The notes below the pieces were generated by a model that had not been told where the DNA came from, did no database searches, and saw only the letters and a list, made by a program, of their open reading frames with translations. From Scyliorhinus canicula (Eukaryota), in contig NC_052162.1 of assembly GCF_902713615.1 (NCBI RefSeq), forward strand, positions 115,252,742 to 115,316,741: 64,000 nucleotides of DNA. The letters run 5' to 3'. A program made the translations under genes and the position numbers. This document shows, piece by piece, positions 23,900 to 36,989 of this stretch; the stretch's first letter is position 1, and the number at the start of each line of letters is the position of its first letter.

Positions 23900-25860
23900 C
23901 TTATGTATGCTTCCCTTTTTCTTCATGACTAGTCTCACAGTTTCCCCGGTCATTCATGATTCCCTAATCCTGCCATTTCTGTCCTTCATTTTCGCAGGGT
24001 CATGCCTGTCCTGCACTCTGATCAACTGGTCTTTAAAAGACTCCCATATATCAAATGCAGATTTACCCTCAAACAGCCGCTCCCAATCCACATTCTCCAG
24101 CTCTGGCCGAGTTCTGTTATAGTTGGCTTTCCCCCAAGTTTGCGCTCTCACTCGAGGACCACTCTTGTTCTTATCCATGAGTATTCGAAAACTTATGGAA
24201 TTATGATCACTATTCCCAATATGTTCCCCGACTGATATTTTTTATCACCTGGTCGGGCTCATTCCTCAATACCAGATCCAATAAGGTTCCCTGCTTGATT
24301 GGACTATCAACATACTGTTTCAAAAAACCCTCCTGGACAGACCTTACAAATCGCTCTGCATCCAAACCCCTGGGAATCCAAGTCAATATGGGGGAAATAA
24401 AATCACCCTCAACAACAACCCTGTTACTTTCACATCTTTCCAGAATCTGACTACGTATGTGTTCCTCTGTATCCCGCTGGTTGTTGGGAGGCCGATAGTA
24501 CAACCCCAACATTGTGATTGCATCCTTCCTGTTTGTGAGCTCAACCCATAATACCTCACTGCAGAATCCCTCCAAGATATCCTCCTTCATCGCACTGTGA
24601 TATGTTCCCTGACCTGAATGAAACTCCCCCACCCTTTCTGCTACCCCCTCTGTCTCGTCTAAACATATCAATATCCCACAACGTTAAGCTGCCAGTCCTG
24701 TCCTTCCTTTAATCATGTCTTCTTAATTACAAGAATATCATAATTCCCCACATTAATCCAGGCTCTAAATTCATCTGTCTTACCTGTTATACTTCTTGTG
24801 TTAAAGCAAACGCGCTCCAGACCCACCGAGTTCAGCGACCTCCCTCTGCCTGCTCTCCCTCTTTGCTACATTTGTCTTAGTCTCAAGCTCTTCCCCAGTC
24901 TCTATACTTGCCGACCTGCTGCTCCAGTTCCCACCCCCTTGCCATACTAGTCCCGAACCACATTAGCAAACCTCCCGGCCATGATATTGGTGCCCCTCCA
25001 GTTTAGGTTAGACCAGTCCTTCTCGTCCAGGTCCTTCCTTCCCTGAAAGATATCCCAACAATCCACTTATCTGAAGCCCTTCCCCCTACATGAGCTCTTT
25101 AGCCATGTGTTCAACTGTATTATCTTTTTGTTTCTAGCCTCACTAGCACATGGATGGGGAGTAATCCTGAAATTACTACCCCAGAGGTCCTGCTTTTTAG
25201 CTTACTACCTAACTCCCTGTAATGACTTTGTAGGACCTTGCTGCTCTTCCTGTCTGTCATTTGTACCAATGTGCACAATGGCATCTGTCCATTTGCCCTC
25301 CTGTACCCACTCAGAGACATCCATGATGCTGGTACCACACCATTCTGGAGTCTGTTTTGTGACCACAGAAGCGCCTATCTGTGCCCCTGACTATCGAACC
25401 CCCAGTTAGTATTGCTGTTTCATGCTTTACCCTGCTCCTCTGCACAGGAGGGCCAGCAGTAGTGCCACCGCTTTGGCTATTGCTGATGCTGTCACCTGAT
25501 GGGCCATCCCCTCATCAGTATCCAAAAGGGCATACTTGTTAGAGAGGGGGGACAGCCAGGGGACTCCTGCACTGACTGTCTGCCCTGTCTAGCGGCCGCC
25601 CATCTATCTTCCTGTACCTTGTGTGTGACCACGTCTCTATAACTTCTACTTCTATCTATGACGCTTCCCGCCATTTGGTTGCTCCTTAGTACCTGCAGCT
25701 GCTGCTGAAGCCGATCCATTCGTTCAGTCAGCAAGTGCAGCTGGATACACTTCCCGCAGATGTAATTGTCAGGGATGTTGTCAGCATCCATGATTGACCA
25801 CATCTAGCAGGTGGAATGCCAAGCTCCACCAACTGTCATGACCAACCCTCTGCTAAATAT
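23900..25860 (-). mobile_element. CR1 LINE 5' portion: ORF1 (Zn-finger/leucine zipper + SGNH esterase) and ORF2 endonuclease
   Basis: YICGKCIQLHLL..., YRELGSKLKSRTSGVVISGLLP, LGLYYRPPN, FLKQYVDSP...LLDLVL. Confidence 0.9.
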
Positions 25861-25892
25861 TAAATTACTTTAACAGATTGAAAATATTCACG

Positions 25893-27339
25893 CAGCTTGG
25901 AAACGAATGGAGAGGGCGTCCTGTGGCAACACAAGCCTGGGGGCCCTAGTAACGGCACCATGGCCGCTCCCCCCCACGAGGTACACCACGAGCCCGGTGG
26001 TGGCGGCCACCCTCAAGATATGGGGGCAGTGGAGGCGACATAGGGGGGAAATGGGAGGTCTGTTGGCGGCGCCAATAAGAGGGAACCATAGATTCATCCC
26101 GGGGAACATCGACGGGGGATTTCAGAGCTGGTACAGGGTGGGCATACGGCAGCTGAAGGACCTGTTTATAGAGGGGAGGTTTGCGAGCCTGGGAGGGCTG
26201 GAGGAGAAGTTTGAGCTCCCCCCGGGAAACATGTTCAGATATTTACAAGTGAAGGCATTTGCTAGACGGCAGGTGGAGGGGTTCCCCCTGCTCCCCAGTA
26301 AGGGGGTGAGTGATAGGGTGCTCTCGGGGGTCTGGGTCGGAGGGGGGAAGATATCAGACATCTACAAGATAATGCAGGAGGCGGAAGAAGCATCAGGGGA
26401 GGAGCTGAAAGCCAAGTGGGAAGGGGAGCTGGGAGAGCAGATAGAAGACGGGACGTGGGCGGATGCACTGGAGAAGGTCAATTCTTCCTCCTCGTGTGCG
26501 AGGCTGAGCCTCATTCAATTTAAGGTGCTGCATAGAGCTCACATGACGGGGACAAGGATGAGCCGGTTCTTTGGGGGTGAGGACAGGTGTGTCAGATGTC
26601 TGGGAAGCCCAGCGAACCATGTGCACATGTTCTGGGCATGTCCGGTGCTGGAAGGGTTCTGGAAGGGGGTGGCAAGGACGGTGTCGAAGGTGGTGGGGTC
26701 CAGGGTCAAACCAGGATGGGGGCTTGCGATCTTTGGGGTCGGGGTAGAACCGGGGGTACAGGAGGCTAGGGAGGCCGGAATACTGGCCTTTGCATCCCTA
26801 GTGGCTCGACGAAGGATATTAATTCAATGGAAGGACGCGAGGCCTCCAAGCGTTGAAACTTGGATTAACGATATGGCTAGCTATATTCAGCTAGAAAGGA
26901 TCAAATTTGCCCTGAGAGGGTCGGTACAGGGATTCTCCAGGCGGTGGCAACCTTTCCTTGACTTTTTAGATCAGAGATAGACGTTCGGGGTCGTGGCAGC
27001 AGCAACCCGGGGGGGGGGGGGGAGGGGGGGGAGGGAGGGAGGGAGGGGGGGGGGAGGGAGGGGGGGGGGGGGGGGGGCAGCAAGGGTCGTGGGGGGACAT
27101 GCACGACTGTAACGCGGGCAAGTCTGCTCGCTGCTCATGTCTGAAACTGTAGGCTGCCTTGTTTGTTAAGGTTGCCTGGGGGCGGGGGGGGGGGAGGACT
27201 GGTGCGCGCGAGAGGGCGGGCGAGGGAGGGACATTTGCCTAGAGGGATTGTGTTGTAAATAATTTAAAAATTAGTAGGGGTAAATGTTTGTATGGAAAAA
27301 CTCTTTCAATAAAAATTATTTAAAAAAAAAAAAAAAAAA
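25893..27339 (+). mobile_element. Young 5'-truncated L1-clade LINE with 13-bp TSD
   Basis: Uninterrupted 357-aa ORF2 C-terminus (25907..26980), poly(A), perfect TSD gaaaatattcacg at 25880-25892 and 27340-27352. Confidence 0.95.
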
Positions 27340-27899
27340 GAAAATATTCACGAGGACATACTCACCAATCAGCTGCCTTCTTAAATCCCCACTCAGAAGA
27401 GTGTCCCTCGCAGGTCAGGTGCTCTCCTAAAAGACTGTCTCCCTATTGTTTTGTGTTTGAGGAGGAGGGAGGGATGGAAACACTACAGCAATGTTTGGGC
27501 CTATTCTGTTCTTTGACAGTGGGTCCTCCTCAATCCCCTTCCAAGTTGCTGTGATGGCACTGATTTCTCCCAGAATGCTTCAGTACCAGCCTCTGTTTGA
27601 TGCTGCTCCTCCTGTTGAGTGCAAGGGTCCTTCTCCTCAATCACCAATGCCACCTCCGCTGCATGGACCCCTGTGAACTTCTGATATACCCAGTTTCTAT
27701 CCTTCGCAGATTGAAATTGATGTCAACACTAAATTTTGCTTTACGAACCAATTCAAAATCGTCATCCATATCTACGGCCTGTCCAGCTCTGCTGTTCCAC
27801 ATGAGTTCTCACTACTACGGGAAGCGAATCTTTAAATTCCTCCAAAATAATTATTTCCCAAAGTGCCTCATCCGTTTGGTTTATTTTTAGTGCTCTTGT

Positions 27900-29370
27900 C
27901 CACCTATCCATTTCTCTCAGTTTTTACAGCATTTCCAAATCTTTAATTTTTAATTGGATTTGAGCTAATTCTAATGGGTTAGACTGTGATACTGTAAGTT
28001 GAAATATTGAAGCATGGTTTGTATTATCTCTGCCTTCTTTGGCCCTTTTGGCAGGGTTAACTACAGTTCCTCTGCCAAACTCAAAACCTTTGCTTTCGAT
28101 TTCCCTTTTAAATCTTCCTGAGTGATTTCCTCCACCCCCAGGAGACCTTTTAGCAACTGCAAGGACCATCTCCAGTCACTCCCTATTCAATATTTCAAAC
28201 CGGGAAAGGAGGCAATCGATCCACACACACCCACACTCTTTAAGTTCAATAACCCCAAGCCAAGCAAGGAATTATACATAAGACTATCCCAGCCACGAGC
28301 CCCAATTTGTTTTGGACGCCGGGTCAGTTCTCACCAGTGGCTAAAATGTTGGACCAGAACCAGAACCTTTTTAAGTTTTAAAACAGTGAGCAAGTGATAA
28401 TAAAATAAATGGGGCGTGGTTATTTTAGAAACTAACCTTATTAAAACAAAAACAAAATGAAAATTATATTTAAACTTTTAAACTTCAATCTTAACTTTAA
28501 AAGATTACATGTAGTTTCATAAACTTAATGCTTCCTATTAAAAGTTCTTGCTCTGTTCAACTTGCACAAACGGGCAAAGGCGATACTTGTATTTAAAAAA
28601 ACAATTTTTATTCTGTTATGATCATTCATTCATGACCCTTTACCAAAGGTGGCAACTTTCAGAATAATAATAATAATCTTTATTAGTGTCACAAGTAGGC
28701 TTACATCAGCACTGCAATTAAGTTACTGTGAAAAACCTCTCTCCGTCTTTTCCCCAAACTTCTACCTGTAGCTGTTTAAAACACCATTCCTTCTCTCTCT
28801 CTCTCTAACTCCACCCAACCCCTCAAACACAGGTTTTCTGGTGTTTCCACACTTGAGCTTATTACTGTTATTTTGGCTGATTTGATGGCCCACTCCCATT
28901 TATACAAAAGAACAGAGTTATGCTATTGGTAGGCAACAAACCTCCCATTGATGGACAAAGAGGCCATCAGACTCTGTAATGGGCCAATTGCTGGTCAGAC
29001 TGGAATGTTCCAAAGAACAATGGATCTGGGGCATCCCACGAACGAGTTTAAGTCTGACTGCAACAATGTAGCTTTGCCAGGTGTGGGTCCATCCCTCTGA
29101 CTCTGTGCAGGCAGGTTTTTTCCCCTCGGTCTGTTCCACCCCTAAATTGCCTGCTACATTGGGGTCTCATTTCTGAACCTAATTTCCTAATATCCACCTT
29201 GCGTGACAGATGAAAAAGCTCTCTAAACACAATAGTATCTCAGCTGGGATTGAAGCTAACCACCCCCCTCTCCCCCGTCCCTCAAAGATAACCTTTAAAA
29301 TCTAACTGCAGCTGCCTTCCAGGCATAGAAACATTAAATGAAGCCTACCTAAAACTATACTAATGTTCAC
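27900..29370 (-). mobile_element. Gypsy-like LTR + PBS + gag 5' fragment
   Basis: Minus strand ...aaaaca aattgggctcgtggctgggat (tRNA-Pro-like PBS ~28286-28304) followed by gag-like LELAQIQLKIKDLEML. Confidence 0.5.
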
Positions 29371-29591
29371 CCAAACAAAAAAGGTATTTTTGTCTCCAAA
29401 CACTCCCAGTGTCAAAGAGCATCAGCCCACTGGGCACAAAAAGGGTCCGGCCAGTCCAGCAGAAAGAAACCCTCCGACCACCCACTTCACCCACTCTGAG
29501 AATGAACATGGTTCAGTTCTGGATGTGATTACCAACAGCAATAACAGCAGACATCACAACCCCTGTCATCACTTGTGAACTCGCTGGTGCC

Positions 29592-30998
29592 TCAGCAGAT
29601 GGAATGACCGAGTGAATCCCTTCCCACACACGAAACAGGTGAATGGCTCTCCCCAGTATGAACTCTCTGGTGTCTCCTCAGTGTGGATGACGTTTTAAAC
29701 CTCTTTGTGCAGTGAGAGCAGCTGAACGGTCTCTCCTCAGTGTGAATGCGCTGGTGGATCATCAGTACCTTCGAGCTTTTGAAATCCATCCCACAGTCAG
29801 AGCATTTAAAGGGTCTCTCATTGGTGTGAGTGACATTGTGGTTCAGCAGGGTCGATAAGTCACCGAATCCCTTCCCGCAGACGGTACAGGTGAATGGTCT
29901 CTCCCCAGTGTGAACCCGCTGGTGTCTCCGCAATGTGGATGACATTTTAAACCTCTTTGCGCAGTGAGAGCAGCTGAACGGTCTCTCCTCAGTGTGAATG
30001 CGCTGATGGGACAACAGATCCTCAGAAGCTTTGAAGCCACTCCCACAGTCAGAGCATTTAAAGGGTCTCTCCTTGGTGTGAGTGACTTTGTGTCTCAGCA
30101 GGGTCGATGAATAACCGAATCCCTTCCCACAGTCGGTGCAGGTGAATGGTCTCTCCCCAGTGTGAACTCGCTGGTGTCTCCGCAGTGTGGATGACCTTCT
30201 AAACCTCTTTGTGCAGTGAGAGCAGCTGAATGGTCTCTCCTCAGTGTGAATGTGCTGGTGGACCATTAGTACCTTAGAGCTTTTGAAATCCATCCCACAG
30301 TCAGAGCATTTAAAGGGTCTCTCATTGGTGTGAGTGACATTGTGTCTCACCAGGCTGGATGATTGAATGAATCCCTTCCCACACACAGAGCAGATGAAAG
30401 GCCTCTCCCCCGTGTGAATTCGACAGTGTCTATGCAGGGCGGGTAAGTGTGCGAATCCCCTCCCACAGACAGAACACACGAATGGCCTCTCTCCGGTGTG
30501 AATTCGCTGGTGTGTCTGGAGGGTAGCTAAGTGAGTGAATCCATTCCCACACACAGAGCAGATGAATGGCCTCTCCCCGGTGTGAACCCGTTGGTGTGCC
30601 TGCAGGTTGGATGACTGAATGAAACTCTTCCCACATACAGAGCATCTGAACGGCTTCTCACCTGTGTGAATTCGCTTATGTGACAGCAGGTGGGCTAGCT
30701 GACTGAATTCCTTCCCACACTGAGAGCAGGGGAACGGCCTCTCCCCTGTGTGAAATCGCTGGTGTGTCTGCAGACTATGTAACTGAGTAAATCCTTTCCC
30801 ACACTCAGTGCAGGTGAATGGTTTCTCCCCAGTGTGAACTCGCTGGTGTCGCCGCAGGCTGGACGAATCACTGAATCCCTTTCTGCACTTCAAGCAGCTG
30901 AATGGCCTCTTCCCAGCGTGACTGCGTAGATGAGTTTTCAACTGCGATGAGTACCTAAATCCCTTCCCACAGTCCCCACAAGTCCACCGTTTCTCCAT
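29592..30998 (-). CDS. C2H2 zinc-finger protein B, 16 intact fingers (17th lost by frameshift)
   Basis: ATG in accATGg at 30998; tandem fingers; the out-of-frame final finger ends HQRVHK* at ~29568; acceptor at 31337. Confidence 0.85.
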   Translation of the reverse strand: MEKRWTCGDCGKGFRYSSQLKTHLRSHAGKRPFSCLKCRKGFSDSSSLRRHQRVHTGEKPFTCTECGKGFTQLHSLQTHQRFHTGERPFPCSQCGKEFSQLAHLLSHKRIHTGEKPFRCSVCGKSFIQSSNLQAHQRVHTGERPFICSVCGNGFTHLATLQTHQRIHTGERPFVCSVCGRGFAHLPALHRHCRIHTGERPFICSVCGKGFIQSSSLVRHNVTHTNERPFKCSDCGMDFKSSKVLMVHQHIHTEERPFSCSHCTKRFRRSSTLRRHQRVHTGERPFTCTDCGKGFGYSSTLLRHKVTHTKERPFKCSDCGSGFKASEDLLSHQRIHTEERPFSCSHCAKRFKMSSTLRRHQRVHTGERPFTCTVCGKGFGDLSTLLNHNVTHTNERPFKCSDCGMDFKSSKVLMIHQRIHTEERPFSCSHCTKRFKTSSTLRRHQRVHTGESHSPVSCVGRDSLGHSIC

Positions 30999-31736
30999 GG
31001 TGCGGGTGCCCTTTTGTCTCCAGATCAATCAGCTGACGTCTTACACGTGTACGGTCTCTCCCCGCTGTGAATGGTGCAATGTTTTTTCAGGCTGTGTAAC
31101 TGGCTAGAGCTCTTTCCACAGTCAGTGGAACACTCTCACTCGGGTGTGTGTGTATCTCGGTGCTTTTCCAGTCACACTGATGGTTGAAGCCTTCTGAAGC
31201 AGACAGAACAAACACTTGTCCTTCTAGGTTTAAGAAACAAGAATATTCTGCACCCTAGTGCCTGAGTAACGCAGTCAGATTTGGATGTGAATTTGGGTTT
31301 GAGATTTCTGTCTGTAAATCCTCGCCGTCTGATATCCTGTAAAAGGATATTACAAAAAGACATCACTGTCAGCACAGGTTGGAAATTAAGAACAGACAAT
31401 TCAAGTTTGTATTCAACAACTGTTACTCTCTTTTCCCAAAAGCTCTAAATCTCCATCCCACACACTCTCCCTCCATTCTCACTCTGCTGTATCTAATATT
31501 CACCCTCCCAATTCTCCTGAAGGTGCTGATTCAGGCTGATTGACAGATCCATGCTCACTGCTTCTGGTCCGCAACACAGAGACCTGAAAATCTTCATGCA
31601 GGCTGCCAGACAGACGTATGTCTATATTACTGGACTAAAAATGTGTAATGTACAGGCAGGATTGCTGCAAGTCACCAATGACCCTCCAGAATGAGAAAAG
31701 TAATAGAAATGGGGAAACATTGATTTCCTCCCAGAA

Positions 31737-32072
31737 GGGGTGGCACGGTAGCACAGTGGTTAGCACTGTTGCTTCCCAGCAGCAGGATCCCTGGTTTGAT
31801 TCCCGGCTTGGCGAGTCTCTGTGGAATCTGCACGTTGTTCCAGTGTTGCATGGGTTTTCTCTGGGTGCTCCGGTTTCCTCCCACAGTCTAAAGATGTGCA
31901 GGTTAAGTGGACTGGCCATTCTAAATTGCCCTTGATGTCCAAAAATGTTTGGTGGGATTACTGGGTTACGGGGATAGGGTGGAGGTGTGGGCTGAAGTGG
32001 AGTGCTCCTTCCAAGGGCCGGTGCAGACTCGATGGGCTGAATGGCCTCCTTCTGCACTGTAAATTCTCGGAT
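31737..32072 (+). mobile_element. HE1-type V-SINE
   Basis: Full HE1 consensus. Confidence 0.9.
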
Positions 32073-32074
32073 TC

Positions 32075-32583
32075 GATGTTGCACAGAGGAGAAAGTTTCA
32101 ATCTGGAGCTAATTGGGTAACGTCACTATGGAGCCCTGCCTGATTCAGCCAATAGCAATCACTCTGCTCCGCGGTGACGTCTCCGAGTTCTCGTGCCCGG
32201 CACCCATCCGCTCACCCCCACCCGATTCCCCCCGCACCTCCTCTAGACAAGGTTTCCAGGCAACCTGCTGACGGTTCCGGCCAGTCCGAGAAGCCGCTCA
32301 GTCTCTCTCTCCCTCCTCGGCCCGGAATTGCGCATGTCCAAGGAGAGGAAAGCTGCGCATGTGCAGGGGAGCTCACGCCCCGTTGACCTTACTGCTGAGG
32401 TGTTGCCCAATGAGAAGATTGGAGGACCGGAAGGACTCTGCTCCTCCGCCAATTAGAGCTCCCCCATTGTCTCAATGCAGAAGCTGGACATGGAGGTTTG
32501 TGCCCAGCAAAGCTGTTGTTCCCTCAACCCTGAGTGAGCTTGAGCTGCACACAGACTGAACCTTCCTCCCGTCTCCAACATCT
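32075..32583. promoter_or_regulatory. Putative bidirectional promoter / exon 1 for ZNF pair B-C
   Basis: CpG-rich; CCAAT 32149, TGACGT 32175, NRF1-like TGCGCATGTGCA 32354-32365, further CCAAT boxes; donor GT at 32584; homologous to 46900-47453 and 55434-55710. Confidence 0.7.
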
Positions 32584-33861
32584 GTGAGTAAAACACTTTC
32601 TTTTCTCCCTTTTTCCATTCATTGTCTCATTCTGACCTTCAATTGGTGACTTGCAGCAACTGAAGGGAAAAGAAGTGAATCCAGGGAGGGTGCAGACTCT
32701 GGAAAGGTTAGCCCAGGTCTCTCTCTCTGCCTTAAAGATATTAACATCCTTTGCTCGGTCAGAGATATGTCTAGTGTTGTTATATGGTATGTATTATAGA
32801 TATTATTGATGGTTCTGTAACAAAATACATGTATTATAATTTCTAGTTTTGTAATATAGTACTGTACCTACATTACATATTTCCCCTCATTGCAACACTG
32901 ACAGATTCAATTTGGGAACTCAAGTCAATGCTGACTGTCTGTACAGTCAGTCCTATTCCCCCTCTATATCCCTGTTCCCCTGAAAGTCTATTTTCTTCAA
33001 TTTCATTTTCAATTATTGGTCATCTCGACTTCCACTACCCATGTGGGCAGCGAGTACCCAGTGATGACCACTCCATGACTGAATAAAATTCTCCCACAGA
33101 ATCTCCCCATGCCTAATCAGTAAATGTACTTAGATGGAGAGTCTCTACCCTTGTACAGGTTGTAGTGAGTTTAGATTTGTTGATCAGCATCAATCAGTAT
33201 CTTCATGAGAATTGGGAGGGAAAGGAAGTGAGTACAGTCTGTATATTACATACATTTTTGTCCAGTAATATAAACATATGTCTGGCAGCCTGCATGAAGA
33301 TTTTCAGGTTTCCGTGTCCAGGACAGGAAGCAGTGAGCATGGATCTGTCAATCAGCCTGAATAAGCACCGTCAGGAGATTTAGGATGGTGAATATTAGAT
33401 ACAGCAGAGTGAGAATACAGAGAGAGTGTGTGGGATGGAGCTTTAGAGTATTTGGGGGAAAGAGAGAGGAAAGAATGTTTGATAGAATTATCTGTTCTGA
33501 ATTTCTATCCTGCACTGACAGTGATGACTATTGTAAATTTTTTTTGCAGGATGTTCGATCGGAAGGAGCTTGAGGCCAATATCTCAAACTAAACATCAAG
33601 TCAAGAACTGACTGAGTCACTTAATTCTTAGGAAATTAATATCATCGGCCATTGAATCTGGAACAAAAAATGTTTGCTTATTTTGTATGCTGCAAGAGAT
33701 TTTAAACATCACTTCCAATCCACTGACCGTGGAAAGAACTTTAACCTGTTACACAGCCTGAAAAAATACTATGCTATTCACAGCAGGTGTACACATGTTC
33801 TGTGTATGGACAAGGCTTCAACTGATTGTCAAACATGGAGAGACAGAAGATCACCCAGACC

Positions 33862-34704
33862 ATGGACAAACCATGGAAATGTGGGGACTGTGGAAAGGGA
33901 TTCACAGCCCCGTACGAACTGGAAAGGCATCAATGCAGTCACACTGGAGTGAGGCCATTCCTCTGCTCTGAATGTGGGAAAGGATTCACTCGGTTAGTCC
34001 ACCTGCAGACACACCAGCAAATTCATACTGGGGAAAGGCCATTTACCTGCACTGTGTGTGGGAAGGGATTCAGTCAGTTACCCAACCTGCTTAGCCACAA
34101 TGTCACTCACACCAATGAGAGACCCTTTAAATGCTCTGACTGTGGAAGTAGTTTCAAAAGCTCTCAGGTACTGATGATCCACCAGCGCATTCACACTGAG
34201 GAGAAGCCATTCAGCTGCTCTCACTGCATGAAGAGGTTTAGAACGTCATCCGACCTGATGAAACACCAGCGGGTTCACACCGAGGAGAGGCCATTCGCTT
34301 GCTCCGATTGTGGGAAAAGATTCGCTCGGTCATCCCACTTGCTGAAACACAACATCACTCAAACCAACGAGAGACCCTTTAAATGCTCTGACTGTGGGAG
34401 GGGGTTTAAAAGCTCTCAGGTATTGATGGAACATCAGCGCATTCACACTGAGGAGAGACCGTTCAGCTGCTCTCACTGCACAAAGAGGTTTCAAACATCA
34501 TCCACATTACGGAGACACCTGCGGGTTCACACCGGGGAGAGTCGATTCACTTGCTCTGATTGTGGGAAGAGATTCCGTGATTCATCCGCCCTGTTAACAC
34601 ATCATCAAGTCCACACTGGAAAGAAGCCATTCACCTGCTCTCACTGCGGGAAGGGATTCACTCAGTCATCCAACATGCTGAGACACCAAAGGGTTCACAA
34701 GTGA
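33862..34704 (+). CDS. C2H2 zinc-finger protein C, 10 fingers (finger 6 has His>Gln)
   Basis: Intact ORF ending HQRVHK*; alternative in-frame ATG at 33835; acceptor at 33549. Confidence 0.85.
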   Translation: MDKPWKCGDCGKGFTAPYELERHQCSHTGVRPFLCSECGKGFTRLVHLQTHQQIHTGERPFTCTVCGKGFSQLPNLLSHNVTHTNERPFKCSDCGSSFKSSQVLMIHQRIHTEEKPFSCSHCMKRFRTSSDLMKHQRVHTEERPFACSDCGKRFARSSHLLKHNITQTNERPFKCSDCGRGFKSSQVLMEHQRIHTEERPFSCSHCTKRFQTSSTLRRHLRVHTGESRFTCSDCGKRFRDSSALLTHHQVHTGKKPFTCSHCGKGFTQSSNMLRHQRVHK

Positions 34705-34759
34705 TGATGGTTTAGATTCTGCTGTTATTCCTGCTGTTAATCACACCCAGGACTGAACC

Positions 34760-36751
34760 TGGAATGGGTGGAGGGAATTGCTTCCTCATCAACTCCTCCT
34801 GGTGCTCGGACATGGCGACCCTGGCGAACTGTTCCCCGGACCTGGAATACCCGACTGTGAAGTACCGTTCATACTACCTTCCACGGAGTTCACTTCTGCC
34901 ATCATCACAGCGGTCTACATCCCACCCCAGGCGGAAGTGAAGAAGGCGCTTGATGAATTGTAACCGCTATAAATAACAATGAAGCAGAATACCCGGAGGC
35001 CTTGTTCATTGTGGCCGGGGACTTCAACCAGGCCAACCTCAAGAGTGTACTGCCAAAATTCCACCAACAGATCTCCTGTCCCAACAGGGGCCCCAACATC
35101 CTTGACCACTGCTACACAAATATCAAGGGTGCCTGATGATCCATCCCCAGACCACACTTTGGAAAATCGGACCACAAGATGGCGCTCCTTCTCCCAGCAT
35201 ATAAGCAGAAACTTAAATAGAGAATCCAGTTAAGAAGGTTGTGCAATGCTGGTCTGAGGCTACAGAAGAGCTCCTACGCGACTGCTTGGAGTCAGTGAAC
35301 TGGTCCATATTCAACAACTCAGCAGCCAACCTAAACGAGTTTGCCAGCACCATCACAGACTTCATCAGCAAGTGTGTAGAAGATTGTGTGTCAAAGAAGG
35401 TAGTAGGTACGTTACCCAACCAGAAACCATGGTTTAACCAGGAGATTCACTCTCTACTGAAGGCCACGTCTGAAGCGTTCAAGACAGGCAACCCTGACCT
35501 ATACAGGAAATCTCGGTATAACTTTATCTGCAAACCCAACAGGGATGCCAAGAGACAATACCAGACTAAACTATAACCACAGTCTAATGACATGGACTCC
35601 TACATCAGACTCCTATTCACTGACTACAGCTCTGCCTTCAAAACCATAATCCCAGCCAAGCTCATGTCAAAGCTCCAAAACCTAGGACTTGGCTCCTCCC
35701 TCTGCAACTGGTTCATTGACTTCCTGACACATAGACTGCAATCAGTAAGGATAAACAACAACGTCTCCTCCATGATAGCCCTCAATTTCCGGAGCCCCAC
35801 GAGGCTGCGTACGTAGCCCCCTACTATATTCCCCATACACACATGACTGTGTAACAAAATGTGGCTCCACCTCCATCTATGAGTTTGCTGATGACATGAC
35901 TGTAGTGGGTCGGATCTCAAACAACGACGAGTCAGAGTCCAGAAGGGCGATAAAGAACCTAGTAGCATGGTGTGACGACATCAATCTCTCCCTCAATGTC
36001 AACAAAACTAAGTAGCTTGTCATTTACTTCAGGAAACAAAATATCGTACACACCCCTGTCTGCATTAATGGTGCTGAGGTGGAGATGGTTGACAGCTTCA
36101 AATTCCTAGGTGTGATATCACCAACAAGCTGTCCTGGTCCACCAATGTCGACACTACGGCCAAGAAAGCACAACAGCACCTATAATTCCTCAAGAAACTA
36201 AGGAAATTCAGCATGTCCACATTGACTCTTACCAATTTTTCTAGAAGGACCATTGCATCCTATCTGACTGCATCACATCCTGGTATGGCAACTGCTCGGC
36301 CCACGACCATTAGAAATTACAGAGTCGTGAACACAACCCAGTCCATCACATGAATCTGCCTCCCATCCATTGACTCTGTCTACACCTCCCACTGCCTTGG
36401 TAAAGCAGGCAGCATAATCAAAGACCCGCCCCACCCGGGTTATTCTCTCTTCCATCGGACAGGCAATACAAAAGTCTGAAAACACATACTAACAGATTCA
36501 AAAACAGCTTCTTCCTCGCTGTTACCAGAAACCTGAATGACCCTCTTATTGACTGAACTGGTCTCTCCACGCATCTTCTCCGCTGAGTAGCACAACACTC
36601 GATATGCTTCCCCGATGTCTACGTATTTAAATTGTGTATATATTGTATGTCCTATGTTTTTTCATGTATAGAATTATCTGTCTGTACTGCATACAGAACA
36701 AGACTTTTCACTGTACCTCGGAGCACATGACAGTAAATCATAATCAAATCA
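34760..36751 (+). mobile_element. Rex1/Babar-like LINE inserted in the 3' UTR of ZNF C
   Basis: EFTSAIITAVYIPPQA, VAGDFNQANL, YIRLLFTDYSSAF, (aaatc)n tail; UTR resumes at aaccatgtt. Confidence 0.8.
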
Positions 36752-36989
36752 AACCATGTTAATCCTGACACTTGGTGAAGTGGGAGGGTCGGAGGGTTTC
36801 TTTCTGCTGGACCGGCTGGTCTCACGACTTTGCTTCCACTGGGCTGATGCTCTTTGAGCCTGGGAGAGCACATTTCCACTGAAATGATCCACAGAAGCTG
36901 CTGAAGGACATTTATTTTATCCTGGATAGTAAATAGTATTTTCCCCCCACTAAGGTAGATCTCAAATAAATACATTTGTCCCTGTTCCA

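Noticed and set aside
25907-26980. Intact 357-aa ORF as a domesticated gene
   Set aside because: The perfect TSD and poly(A) show a recent 5'-truncated L1; intactness reflects youth.
32400-33860. KRAB, SCAN, BTB or FiNZ-like coding exon upstream of the arrays
   Set aside because: No such motif recognised. Exon 1 has only short uORFs and an in-frame stop precedes each start; an HMM search is needed to exclude it fully.
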